From an uncultured Alphaproteobacteria bacterium (lineage in GTDB: Bacteria; Pseudomonadota; Alphaproteobacteria; DATDPM01): a stretch of DNA of 64,000 nt. Below the pieces are notes generated by a model. That model saw only the letters and a list, made by a program, of their open reading frames with translations. It made no database searches and was not told the DNA's origin. How positions within the stretch are numbered: position 1 is the first letter of the stretch; the number at the start of each line of letters is the position of its first letter. Below, one piece after another: positions 10,993-20,341 of the stretch. The stretch lies in the NCBI GenBank assembly GCA_963841995.1, contig CAWJEX010000021.1, forward strand, positions 138,545 to 202,544. The letters run 5' to 3'. The position numbers and the translations under genes are program-made.

Positions 10993-11871
10993 TTGAGCAC
11001 GATCGGCCATATCCGCCGTATTTCTGTTCCTGAAATCGCCGCCCGCAAAGGTGGCGACAAAATCGTGTGCCTCACCGCCTATAACGCGGCGATGGCAAAG
11101 ATCCTCGATCCCTTCGTCGATCTTTTCATCGTCGGCGATTCGCTGGGCATGGTGCTCTACGGGTTCGAGACCACGCTTCCGGTGACGCTCGACATGATGA
11201 TTCTGCATGGTAGCGCCGTGGTCCGCGGCTCCGAGCACGCCTGCGTCGTCGTTGATCTTCCCTTCGCGACCTATCAGCAATCGCCGCGCGCCGCGTTCAA
11301 AGCCGCCGCGCGGGTGATGGCCGAGACCGGCTGTTCCGCGGTGAAGCTCGAAGGTGGCATGGAAATGGCGGAGACCGTGGCGTTCTTGGCGGCTCGCGGG
11401 ATTCCGGTTTTGGCCCATGTCGGATTGCAGCCGCAGTCGGTTATGAAGACCGGCGGCTATCGCGCCCGCGGCAAGAGTGAAAAAGAGGCGACGCGGGTTC
11501 TCGCAGATGCGCGCGCCATCGCCGACGCCGGCGCCTTCGCCCTGGTGATCGAAGGCACGATCGAATCGGTGGCGCGGCGCATTACTCAGGACGTCGCCAT
11601 CCCGACCATCGGCATCGGCGCGTCGCCGGCTTGCGACGGCCAAGTTCTCGTCACTGAGGACATGATCGGCTTTACCCAAGGCGTGGCTCCACGCTTCGTG
11701 AAACGCTATGCCGACACCGGCCGCGAGATTGCCGCAGCGGCAGAATCCTTTGCCCGCGACGTGCGCGAGGGCAAATTCCCCGAGCCGGGTCATTGCTACG
11801 GTTCGGGGCGCGAGGCGCCGGCACCGTTGCGCAAATCAGCAAGCCGCCGCGCCGGCGGAAACGAACCATAG
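10993..11871 (+). CDS. panB: 3-methyl-2-oxobutanoate hydroxymethyltransferase
   Basis: N-terminus [32 protein letters not shown] is typical of PanB. Confidence 0.9.
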   Translation: MSTIGHIRRISVPEIAARKGGDKIVCLTAYNAAMAKILDPFVDLFIVGDSLGMVLYGFETTLPVTLDMMILHGSAVVRGSEHACVVVDLPFATYQQSPRAAFKAAARVMAETGCSAVKLEGGMEMAETVAFLAARGIPVLAHVGLQPQSVMKTGGYRARGKSEKEATRVLADARAIADAGAFALVIEGTIESVARRITQDVAIPTIGIGASPACDGQVLVTEDMIGFTQGVAPRFVKRYADTGREIAAAAESFARDVREGKFPEPGHCYGSGREAPAPLRKSASRRAGGNEP

Positions 11872-11895
11872 CGGCCGGCCTCAATCCCGCTTGCG

Positions 11896-12741
11896 ATGGA
11901 AACGCTCCGACGCGTATCGGAAATCCGTGGCTTCGTTGCCGCATCGCGTGCGCAATCCGCGAGCATCGGATTCGTTCCGACGATGGGCGCCTTGCATGCC
12001 GGGCATCTGGCTCTCGTTCAAGCGGCCCGCGCGCGATGCCAGAGCGTTATCGTCAGTATTTTCGTCAACCCCACGCAATTCGGTCCGAACGAGGATTTCG
12101 CGACCTATCCCCGCGACGAAGCGGGCGATGCGCGAAAGCTTAGCGATGCGGGCGTCGATGTCCTCTATATGCCCGACGCCTCGGAAATGTACGGGGAAGG
12201 CTTTTCGACCTCGGTCCGGGTCAAGGATCTGAGCCAGGGATTGTGCGGCGATTTCCGCCCGGTGCATTTCGAAGGCGTGGCGACGGTCGTCACCAAATTG
12301 CTGCTGCAGGTTCTTCCCGACGCCGCGTTCTTCGGCGAAAAGGATTACCAGCAATTGCAGATCATCAAGCGCCTCGTCCGCGACCTGAACATTCCGGTAC
12401 GGATCGAATCGGTTCCCACCTTGCGCGAAGGCGACGGCCTAGCGCTATCCTCGCGCAATCTTTATTTATCGCCTGACGAGCGGAAGATTGCGCCGAGCCT
12501 TTATCGAATCCTGAAATTGACGGCGGAGGACATCCGCGGCGGCCAGGCGGTTAAGGCCACGGTCGAGCGGGCTATCGCCGATTTGCGGGTGGCTGGATTC
12601 GCGAAAATCGACTATCTCGAAGTCCGGGATGCGCAATCGCTGGAGCCGGTCGCCAAGCTCACCCGTCCGGCGCGACTCCTGGCCGCGGTATGGCTCGGCC
12701 GCACCCGTCTCATCGACACCGTTGCAATCGAGACGCCATAG
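11896..12741 (+). CDS. panC: pantoate--beta-alanine ligase
   Basis: PTMGALHAGHLALV HIGH-like motif. Adjacent to panB. Confidence 0.9.
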   Translation: METLRRVSEIRGFVAASRAQSASIGFVPTMGALHAGHLALVQAARARCQSVIVSIFVNPTQFGPNEDFATYPRDEAGDARKLSDAGVDVLYMPDASEMYGEGFSTSVRVKDLSQGLCGDFRPVHFEGVATVVTKLLLQVLPDAAFFGEKDYQQLQIIKRLVRDLNIPVRIESVPTLREGDGLALSSRNLYLSPDERKIAPSLYRILKLTAEDIRGGQAVKATVERAIADLRVAGFAKIDYLEVRDAQSLEPVAKLTRPARLLAAVWLGRTRLIDTVAIETP

Positions 12742-12750
12742 CCGCGAGGG

Positions 12751-13191
12751 CTACGGCGCCGCCTCCCAGGGAAATTCGAGCCAGCTTTCCTGATCGATCT
12801 CAACCGCGAAGGCGTCGACGACCGGTTTCCCCGCGGGCGTCGCATACACCGCCACATAGAACGCGCGGGGCAGGAGAGTGCGAACGACGCGGATCGTCTC
12901 TCCGCTGTCGGCGACGTCATCGACCACGATCGTATCGGCGCCATCGCCGCCGTCCGGTCTCTTGAGAATTTTCACCTCGCCGCGAACCCGTCCTTCGTAT
13001 GACGCGACGCTGATTGATTCGACGACGCGGATATCGAGTTCCTTCGCAAGGATAGCGGCGGGGACGAGCCCGCCTCTCGCTATTCCGATGACGCGCGTCC
13101 AAACCCCGCGGTTGCGGATCCGCCCGGCAAGGGCGCGGGCTTGCCGGTGCAATTCGTTCCAGGTTACGGGGATCGTGTTGGGTTTCGTCAT
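12751..13191 (-). CDS. gpt: xanthine-guanine phosphoribosyltransferase
   Basis: PRTase motif TIVVDDVADSGETI and a C-terminal EFPWE. The start is at MTKPNTIPVTWNELH. Confidence 0.7.
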   Translation of the reverse strand: MTKPNTIPVTWNELHRQARALAGRIRNRGVWTRVIGIARGGLVPAAILAKELDIRVVESISVASYEGRVRGEVKILKRPDGGDGADTIVVDDVADSGETIRVVRTLLPRAFYVAVYATPAGKPVVDAFAVEIDQESWLEFPWEAAP

Positions 13192-13317
13192 GCAAACCGA
13201 CCTCAATAAGGCTTGCTGCGGAGGATTCACTATCGATAAGAGTTCCGATAGAGTAAATCGCCACAATGCGAGCTCAACGCATTCTCTGCCTGTGTCGCCG
13301 ATGGGTGAAGCAAACCG

Positions 13318-13653
13318 ATGACGAACCCGCTTTCGCTTCTTGTTTTACTGCTGGCCGCCGTTCTTGAAGCGGGCGGCGACGCGTTGGTCCGTCACGGATT
13401 GCACGGCCAATCTCTGATGATGCGCGGCGGATTCCTGCTCCTCGGCGGCGCGGTACTGTTCGCCTACGGAATTACGGTCAATATGCCGCCTTGGGATTTT
13501 GGGCGGTTGCTCGGAGTCTATGTGACGTTGTTTTTTCTCGTCGCGCAGACGATCAATTGGCTTGGATTCGGCTTGCCTCCGACCATTCCGATTCTGGTGG
13601 GCGGCGCCTTGATTATCGCCGGTGGGCTGACAATCACATTTTGGCGCGTATAG
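13318..13653 (+). CDS. ynfA: YnfA/UPF0060-family small membrane protein
   Basis: 111 aa, four TM segments, with the EAGGDALVRHGL motif near the N-terminus. Confidence 0.6.
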   Translation: MTNPLSLLVLLLAAVLEAGGDALVRHGLHGQSLMMRGGFLLLGGAVLFAYGITVNMPPWDFGRLLGVYVTLFFLVAQTINWLGFGLPPTIPILVGGALIIAGGLTITFWRV

Positions 13654-13746
13654 GCCCGCCTAGGTTCGGAAGTAATTCGCCGACACCCCAAAACCAGACC
13701 GGCGCCCGATGGGGCGCCGGCATCCTGTTCCCGATCGCTCGAGCGG

Positions 13747-15010
13747 CTATCGCACGTAGAGGTGAACCTCATTGCTCGAAGCGGTGTTGCTGGTCGCCGA
13801 CGACATCGTCACCCGGCCGGGCGGCAATCCCATGCTGTTCAGGGATCGCATGACGTCTTCGGCGTTCTTCTTCGCGGCGGTGGCGTTGATCGCGGCCTCG
13901 GCCGGCGAGCCTTTTTGCGCGCTCACGGCGACCAATTCGAAGCTGGCGTCGGGACGGCGCTCCAAGGCTTTGCTTACAGCGCCATAAAGCGCCTCCTTGT
14001 ATTGGACCCTGGGCCGATCGAAGCGGATGACGACGAGCGGTCTGCCGCCTGCGGCCGACGCATAACCCGGCATGCCCGGGCCGGCCGGTGTGGCAGACCG
14101 GTAAGCGCGATTGGCCAGGCTCTGCCCGTAAAGCTCGCCATTGCTGATGGCCAGGGACAGAGTTCGAGAGGTTGCCGCGCTCGCGGGAAATGTAATCGCT
14201 CTGGCGGCGAACATCCTGATTCAACTCGTTGAGGAGCCGGTCGATCAGCACCACGGTGCGATTGGTTTCGTCTTCGAGAATGGCAAGCTGCCGGTGATCC
14301 TCGTCCACGGCACCCGACAATCCGTAAGCCGCCTTCACGCTTTCCAGGAGGAAGGACGACATCGCCGAATCGGCGGTTACCTTTGTCTCAAGGCTGTTCA
14401 TGCCGGCGATGTCGCTGTCCAGCCGATCGAGATCGGCCTGGGCCTCGTTCCATTGCTGGACCAGCACGGGATTGCCCGGCGTGGTGCCGACCTGAAGGCG
14501 CGCGCTGATGGCGGCGACGATGCCGTGATAAGCCTGCGAGTGCTGCACGGTGGTGTTGCGCACTTGCTGCAATTCGTTGTTATGCCCCGAAATCGCCGCC
14601 TGCATGTTGACGAGATCTTGGCGCAGCTGCTGCACCTTCGCGCCGACATAAGTGCCGGTCGGCGCGCCCGGCGTGGGCGGCGTAGGCTGGAAATTAGTCG
14701 TTCCGAGCGCTGGCGGCGGCGGCGGAGCCGGTGGATAGGCGCCCGCCTGATTGGGCGGCGGCGGATATCCCGGCGGCGGCGCACCGGGCTGATATCCCGG
14801 CGGCGGCGGATATCCCGGCGGTTGCTGCGCCATTTGTCCTGGCACCTGCTGCGGCGCCGGTTGCGGCGGTGGAACCTGAGTTACTTCCGGCTGCTTCGAA
14901 TTATCTTCGTCGGATGGCCAAACCAGGTCACCCAAATCCTCGAAGACCGAACATCCCCCGAGCGCAAGCGCCGAGGCGATCAAAATCACTTTAATTTTCC
15001 AATGAGCCAT
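13747..15010 (-). CDS. proline-rich lipoprotein with coiled-coil region and OmpA-like C-terminal segment, with an apparent frameshift near 14160-14180
   Basis: Lipobox LALGGC. PPGYPPPPGYQPGAPPPGYPPPP repeats. The C-terminus in ORF 13747..14214 ends ...SSNEVHLYVR, resembling NRRVEI of OmpA-like domains. Confidence 0.5.
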
Positions 15011-15317
15011 CCGAAACGATCACCTAGTATCGCCGCTCCAAAACCTTACGGTTCGATGGCGGCAAACCCCTATTTTTGAATGAAATTAAGGTCGAAACGG
15101 AGCCCCCCTAAAGCCCATCGAGGATACTAGCCAAAGCGATTAGGGGGGACAAGCCGGATTCGTCCCACAACCGCGCGCACCCCGGCGCAAGCCACGGAAT
15201 TCCAAGAACTTCGCCACCTTGCCAATACGAGGTGTATTGGCTAGTGTCTCGGCCCTCCCGAAGCCCCATGCAACGGCCTTATTTGAAGCCGCATATCAGG
15301 ATGCTTGGGGGCGGCGA

Positions 15318-15394
15318 GCGCCCGTAGCTCAACTGGATAGAGCACCAGATTACGGATTTGGGGGTTGGGAGTTCGAATCTCTCCGGGCGCGCCA
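15318..15394 (+). tRNA. tRNA-Arg (anticodon ACG)
   Basis: Cloverleaf folded by hand: acceptor GCGCCCG/CGGGCGC, anticodon loop TTACGGA, T-loop TTCGAAT, encoded CCA. Confidence 0.9.
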
Positions 15395-15468
15395 TCCTCC
15401 GAATGAAATTTTATAGTGGTATCCGGCAGGTGCTGTTTGCGCGCCGTGGTTCCACAATTCTCCCGATC

Positions 15469-15520
15469 CCCTACCAATCCACTTACCAATCCACTTACCA
15501 ATCCACTTACCAATCCACTT
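15469..15520. repeat. 12-bp tandem repeat (ACTTACCAATCC) x about 4.3, located 75 nt downstream of tRNA-Arg
   Basis: Direct reading. Three perfect units plus partial units at both ends. Confidence 0.9.
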
Positions 15521-15850
15521 GGGCGCGGAGATCGAGGATGCTCGGATCGTGGTAACCGGCGGAGGTATTGTCCGGCAGCAGAATTGCCGCGTTGCCCATC
15601 GCCGAGGCATTGTTGCGGACCCAGATGTAATTCATCATGAAACGAATGCATGGATTGACATATCAGTTTACGCCCAAGGCGTAATCGCCTTCGGTGCCGA
15701 ATTGGAATCTCAGTCCATCGTCCAGACTTAACTGGCTGACTCGCGCCGCCGATTCGATCGCACCGATGCCGTATCGGCGTATCTTCGTTCAGGTCAAGCG
15801 CTGGCGAGAAAATTTGCGTCGGGCGAATGGGACCCGGTGACGTTAGGAGC

Positions 15851-16405
15851 TTAGCCCCAGCGGCGAACCGGCCCGGTATCGACGTGGACGAAATCCGAGC
15901 TCGGGTAATAGCCGACGCCGCCCGCCCCCATCGATAGCGCAACGCGATGCAAATCGGAAAGCGCCCGGTCCGGCAGACTGATATCGATGGCCATGCCCTT
16001 CGTATGGAAGCTTTTGGCGGCAACGCCGCTGCTGTGTTCGTGGAGCATGGCGTTCGTCGCCGGCGACCGGTAACCGGAAATCACATGGAAGGGATCTTTC
16101 GTATCCATCCGGCCGCGCAATGCGAATAGAAGATCGAGAAGCTTGGGATCGATCGCCATCACCTGGTCGGTGCGGAAATCGCGAAGCACATGATTGATGT
16201 CGGCGAGTGCTGCGGGAACGTAACCACCGTCCGCCCAAAAGGTGGCATTCAGGCTCTCGCCAGTATGCAGATTGTATAAGGACAGCGAGCGTTCCGGGGT
16301 CGCGGCAAATACCGCGCGGGGCGCCATCGCCAGCGACACGGACACCGCGGCCCCCGTCTGAAGAAGTCGCCGGCGGGTCAGTAAATATTTGTTTTTACTC
16401 GTCAA
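15851..16405 (-). CDS. Tat-exported DUF882/peptidase M15-like protein (YcbK family)
   Basis: Twin-arginine signal (RRRLLQTGAAV). It is adjacent to a YcbB-like L,D-transpeptidase, a conserved pairing. Confidence 0.7.
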   Translation of the reverse strand: MTSKNKYLLTRRRLLQTGAAVSVSLAMAPRAVFAATPERSLSLYNLHTGESLNATFWADGGYVPAALADINHVLRDFRTDQVMAIDPKLLDLLFALRGRMDTKDPFHVISGYRSPATNAMLHEHSSGVAAKSFHTKGMAIDISLPDRALSDLHRVALSMGAGGVGYYPSSDFVHVDTGPVRRWG

Positions 16406-16487
16406 ATCGTCCCCTTACTCGGGTAATTGACGGCATGGAGAGTATGGGAAATATAATAACGATTCATTGATTTGGTAAGTCAAAAAC

Positions 16488-18113
16488 TTAACGTTGGTCG
16501 CCTTTCGAGACGGCAAGGAACAGCGGCCGGTCGCGGTTATAGACATCGCGACGGAATTGTACCGATCCATCATCATCGACCCATGCCGTGAGATACGTCA
16601 CTTCGACGGGAACGGGTTTCTGCAGCAATACGGTTTTCGTGTCGTTCCCGTTCACCGCCGCTTCGATGGCTGCAGGAGGCCAATCCGGATCGCCATCGAG
16701 GACGAAAGCCGCCAGCGCTACGGCGTCGCCGACGCGAATGCAGCCGTGACTGAAACTACGAACTTCCTGGCTGAAGAGCTTTTTCGCTGGAGTATCGTGA
16801 AGAAAAATTCCGAATTCGTTGTGCAGGGTGAAACGAAGCAGTCCCAAAGCATTCGATGGGCCGGGCTGCTGCACGAATTTGTGTTGAAGCGTAGCGGGAC
16901 GCTGGGATTTCCAATCGACGTCACGCGGGTTCACTTCGCAAGCATTATCGTCCCAGCCACTATAGACCTTCATGTTCTCTTTGGCGAGATAGTCGGGATT
17001 GCGCTTCACCTTCGGCAGGATTTCCTGGCGCGCGATCTTTGGCGGCACCGTCCAGCTCGGGAGAAAAGTCAGAGCCGTGACCTCATCGGGGAACACCGGC
17101 GTACGCCAGTTCGCCTTGCCGGCAATGACCGGCATCTTCAAGACCATTTTACCGTCGGCAAACGCCCGGAGTTCGAAGGCGCCGATATTGATAATGATCA
17201 AACGCCCGGATGGGGCGAAAGGGAACCACCGCAGCCGTTCAAGATTGGCCGCAATTTGATCTGCCCGCTCGCCAGGCGGAACATTGAGGGCAGCGCGCGT
17301 CTGTGCGCCGACGGCGCCATCCGGCTTCAGGCCGTTTCGCTGCTGGAATCGACGAGCCGCCGCCCCGATGGTGGCGTCGAATTCGGCGGCGCTCGATCCG
17401 CCATCGCTCGCGAGATCGCCCAAGCGTTGAAGCTGCTGGCGAAGCGTCGCGACCTCGGGCCCTGCCGCTCCCTCTTTCAGTGTCGGTCCATCCGGCAGGT
17501 CCGGCCACGGCGCTGCCGCGGCGATCCTCCGGTATGCGAGAAGTGCCGCGATCAGACGACGGTATGCCGGATCGGCCGGCGGCAGCGAGGACAACCATCC
17601 TTCAAAATCATTCGCGGCTAATCCGCTTGCAAGGATGGCGGCGGCATCGGGCGGCACGCGTACGACCGCGTAATCCGAATCGACCTCCCGCGGGACAACG
17701 CGTCCCGATCGCACAACGACGATGTAGCGGAGCATTTCTGCCGAGAGCAGAACGTCGGTTCGCACCGCGGCTGCCGCGTCCACTCGATTCGGAAGACCCT
17801 CCGTTTCTTCGAGGAGATAGTCGTCAGGATTCAGTCCCTGGTTGTCGGCGGATTTGAGCGCGGCAACGGCTTGGCGAGCCTGGTCGCTCCACGCGCCGTT
17901 CCGCCACCATGCCAATGAACCGTTCCGCGACGCATAGAACTTACGCAGCGTCCCGACGTTATGGAATTTGGTAAGGACGCCATCTTGATCCGCTCGCGAC
18001 AATAAAGCGTCTAAAGCGCCGGCCGCGGAAACGCTGTCGGCGCAAGCCGGCCCCATCAATGCCGCCAGCACAAGCGTCAAAACCAGCAAGCGTAATGCAC
18101 GCAATCGTATCAT
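16488..18113 (-). CDS. L,D-transpeptidase with peptidoglycan-binding domain (YcbB/LdtD-like)
   Basis: Signal peptide, a PG-binding-like region, and a YkuD catalytic region with SHGCIRV. Confidence 0.75.
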   Translation of the reverse strand: MIRLRALRLLVLTLVLAALMGPACADSVSAAGALDALLSRADQDGVLTKFHNVGTLRKFYASRNGSLAWWRNGAWSDQARQAVAALKSADNQGLNPDDYLLEETEGLPNRVDAAAAVRTDVLLSAEMLRYIVVVRSGRVVPREVDSDYAVVRVPPDAAAILASGLAANDFEGWLSSLPPADPAYRRLIAALLAYRRIAAAAPWPDLPDGPTLKEGAAGPEVATLRQQLQRLGDLASDGGSSAAEFDATIGAAARRFQQRNGLKPDGAVGAQTRAALNVPPGERADQIAANLERLRWFPFAPSGRLIIINIGAFELRAFADGKMVLKMPVIAGKANWRTPVFPDEVTALTFLPSWTVPPKIARQEILPKVKRNPDYLAKENMKVYSGWDDNACEVNPRDVDWKSQRPATLQHKFVQQPGPSNALGLLRFTLHNEFGIFLHDTPAKKLFSQEVRSFSHGCIRVGDAVALAAFVLDGDPDWPPAAIEAAVNGNDTKTVLLQKPVPVEVTYLTAWVDDDGSVQFRRDVYNRDRPLFLAVSKGDQR

Positions 18114-18197
18114 TGAGTTTCCGACATGCTGTTGGGGCCGGATCGATTCCGCCCTAGAATGTGGCCAAGATTATACGGGCAATCCGCCGCCAGCGGC

Positions 18198-19109
18198 TTA
18201 GGGGCCGTTATAGATCACGCGCCCCAGCCCAGCGGTGTCGTAGCCGCCGAGACTTCGCGCCTTTTCCGAAAAACGGGCATTGCGGGCGAAGGATAAAAGC
18301 TTTTGAAAATTCGGTTCGAAAAATTCGCGCCGTCGAACCGCCAGATCGTAACGCTCGCGATGCAAGGATATGAATCCCAGCCGGAATTGCTCGGCCGCGG
18401 CCCGTATGCCGAATCCGGCGGCGGCCTTCCCCTCGCTGACCGCAGATGCCATGTCGGTTTCGTTGCGGGCCGGCGGGAACGGCGTGGTGAGATCGGCGAG
18501 TGACAGATCCTGCTGCGCCAGAAGATGCATCAGAAGAAGGTGGCTGCCCGCGCTTTCCTGCCGGTCGATAAACGGCAATTTTCGGGTCTTGAGGTCGGAG
18601 AGCTTGGATATCCCGTGTGGATTGCCGCTCGCGACGATTAGACCCTGATCGCGCCATGCCCATTCTATCAGAACCGTATCGAGATCACGAAGGACATCCT
18701 TGACCGCGATTTCATTGTAAGTTTCGGTTTCGGGATCGAAGACGTGAAGGCCGCAGAAAGCCGTTTCGCCTTGGGCGAAACGACGCAGCCCATCCAGGCT
18801 GCCATCGGACAAGACGGGGATCTCGCATCCCGATTCGCGGATCGCCCATTCGAGCAATGGATCGTGGCTGCCGACGAACAGCAATGCCGGGCGGCCGGGC
18901 GGCTCGATAGCGGGGTCGGAGCGCGTGTTTTGAAGAACCCACAAATCCACCAACGCCTTGGGGAACAGCCATTTGCCCGCGACCCGGCTGCACGGGATGC
19001 GGCGCAGTCGGATGAGGTCGTAGACCTTCCGCTCTTTGATGCGGAGATAATCCGCAACCTCGCGGGTGTTCATCATTTCGGACAAGGCCGTTCTCCTGGA
19101 CCGTCTCAT
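18198..19109 (-). CDS. excisionase/MerR-type HTH regulator fused to a periplasmic-binding-protein-like sensor domain
   Basis: N-terminal HTH MNTREVADYLRIKERKVYDLIRLRRIP. The true start may be at MMNTREV rather than the first ORF Met. Confidence 0.6.
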   Translation of the reverse strand: MRRSRRTALSEMMNTREVADYLRIKERKVYDLIRLRRIPCSRVAGKWLFPKALVDLWVLQNTRSDPAIEPPGRPALLFVGSHDPLLEWAIRESGCEIPVLSDGSLDGLRRFAQGETAFCGLHVFDPETETYNEIAVKDVLRDLDTVLIEWAWRDQGLIVASGNPHGISKLSDLKTRKLPFIDRQESAGSHLLLMHLLAQQDLSLADLTTPFPPARNETDMASAVSEGKAAAGFGIRAAAEQFRLGFISLHRERYDLAVRRREFFEPNFQKLLSFARNARFSEKARSLGGYDTAGLGRVIYNGP

Positions 19110-19170
19110 TTCTTACTTTCGGATGATCGGGCAAGCGCCGCAAGCGAATCGGCGCGGTCCGGGGATAGGT

Positions 19171-19827
19171 TCAGCTGTAGCGCTCTTCGCGCCACGGATC
19201 GCCGTTATTGTGATAGCCCCGGACTTCCCAGAATCCGGGCCGATCTTCTGCGGTAAATTCGATCCGCTTCACCCATTTGGCGCTTTTCCAAAAGTAGAGC
19301 TTCGGGATCACGACGCGGAGCGGGCCGCCATGATCGCGGGTCAGCGGTTTTCCTTCCCAAGCATGGGCAAGCAGGACATCGTTGTCGAAGGCCGAGAGCG
19401 GCACATTCGTCGTATAAGTATCGAAGCTGTGAAAGGTGATGAATTTCGCTTCGGGCTTTGGCTGCACGGTACGAAGAACATGCTTGGCGCTAATGCCCGT
19501 CCATTGATTGTCATAGCGTGACCACGCGGTGACGCAATGAATATCCGAAGTCGCGTGCAACTCCGGCTGGCCCAGAAAATCCTGCCACGTCCAGCGAACC
19601 GGATTTTCGACCAATCCGTCGATCGTGAGCCGCCATTTGTCGAGGGGAATATCGGGCTGGACGCCGAGGTCGAGTACCGGCCAATTCTTGACTTGGCGCT
19701 GACCGGGCGGCAGCCGTTCGCGCCGCGGATCGCCGGTGGTTCCGGTCAACAGCCGGCCTTCGCGCGCCCAAGCCTCTTTGGTCGCGATCAGCTTGTCTTT
19801 GATTTTGCCGACCCAATCATCGGCCAT
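19171..19827 (-). CDS. sulfite-oxidase-like molybdopterin oxidoreductase (Oxidored_molyb domain)
   Basis: 218 aa with HCVTAWS and a later HG...RV segment typical of the molybdopterin-binding domain. Confidence 0.7.
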   Translation of the reverse strand: MADDWVGKIKDKLIATKEAWAREGRLLTGTTGDPRRERLPPGQRQVKNWPVLDLGVQPDIPLDKWRLTIDGLVENPVRWTWQDFLGQPELHATSDIHCVTAWSRYDNQWTGISAKHVLRTVQPKPEAKFITFHSFDTYTTNVPLSAFDNDVLLAHAWEGKPLTRDHGGPLRVVIPKLYFWKSAKWVKRIEFTAEDRPGFWEVRGYHNNGDPWREERYS

Positions 19828-19895
19828 GCGGGACTCCTCGGGGAATGCGCATTAGACTATAATACGAGGCGATGACGCGTCCGCGCGCCTCAACC

Positions 19896-20252
19896 TCATT
19901 GCAGAATTTCGAGCACGGATTCGGGCGGCCGTCCGATCGCCGCCTTGCCGTTTGCCAGGACGATCGGCCGCTCGATCAGAATCGGATTTTCAACCATGGC
20001 CTTGATGAGCGCAGCATCCGAAAGTTTCGGATTGTCCAGCTTGAGCTTCCCGTACGGTTCCTCGTGCCGGCGCATGAGGTCGCGAGGCTTCATCTTCAAT
20101 AGCTTGAGAATGCGCCGCAGTTCCGTGGCCGATGGCGGCGTTTCGAGATAATTGATGACGATCGGGTCCTCCTCGTGAGCCTCCAAGAGCTCAAGGGTCG
20201 CCCTTGATTTGCTGCAGCGCGGGTTGTGATAGATCGTGACGGGTTTGGGCAT
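19896..20252 (-). CDS. ArsC/Spx-family protein (YffB-like)
   Basis: N-terminus MPKPVTIYHNPRCSKSRATLELL. The start is set at this Met rather than the longer ORF. Confidence 0.75.
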   Translation of the reverse strand: MPKPVTIYHNPRCSKSRATLELLEAHEEDPIVINYLETPPSATELRRILKLLKMKPRDLMRRHEEPYGKLKLDNPKLSDAALIKAMVENPILIERPIVLANGKAAIGRPPESVLEILQ

Positions 20253-20341
20253 GGTCTGTGGGATCCAATCATTATTTTTTGCAGGGGCCCCGGGCAAAGC
20301 CTCCTGACTTCTGGAACCCGAGGCGGTACTCTTCGCCTCCC

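Noticed and set aside
15469-15520. Possible CRISPR array
   Set aside because: The unit is only 12 bp with no spacers. It is a simple VNTR, and there are no cas genes.
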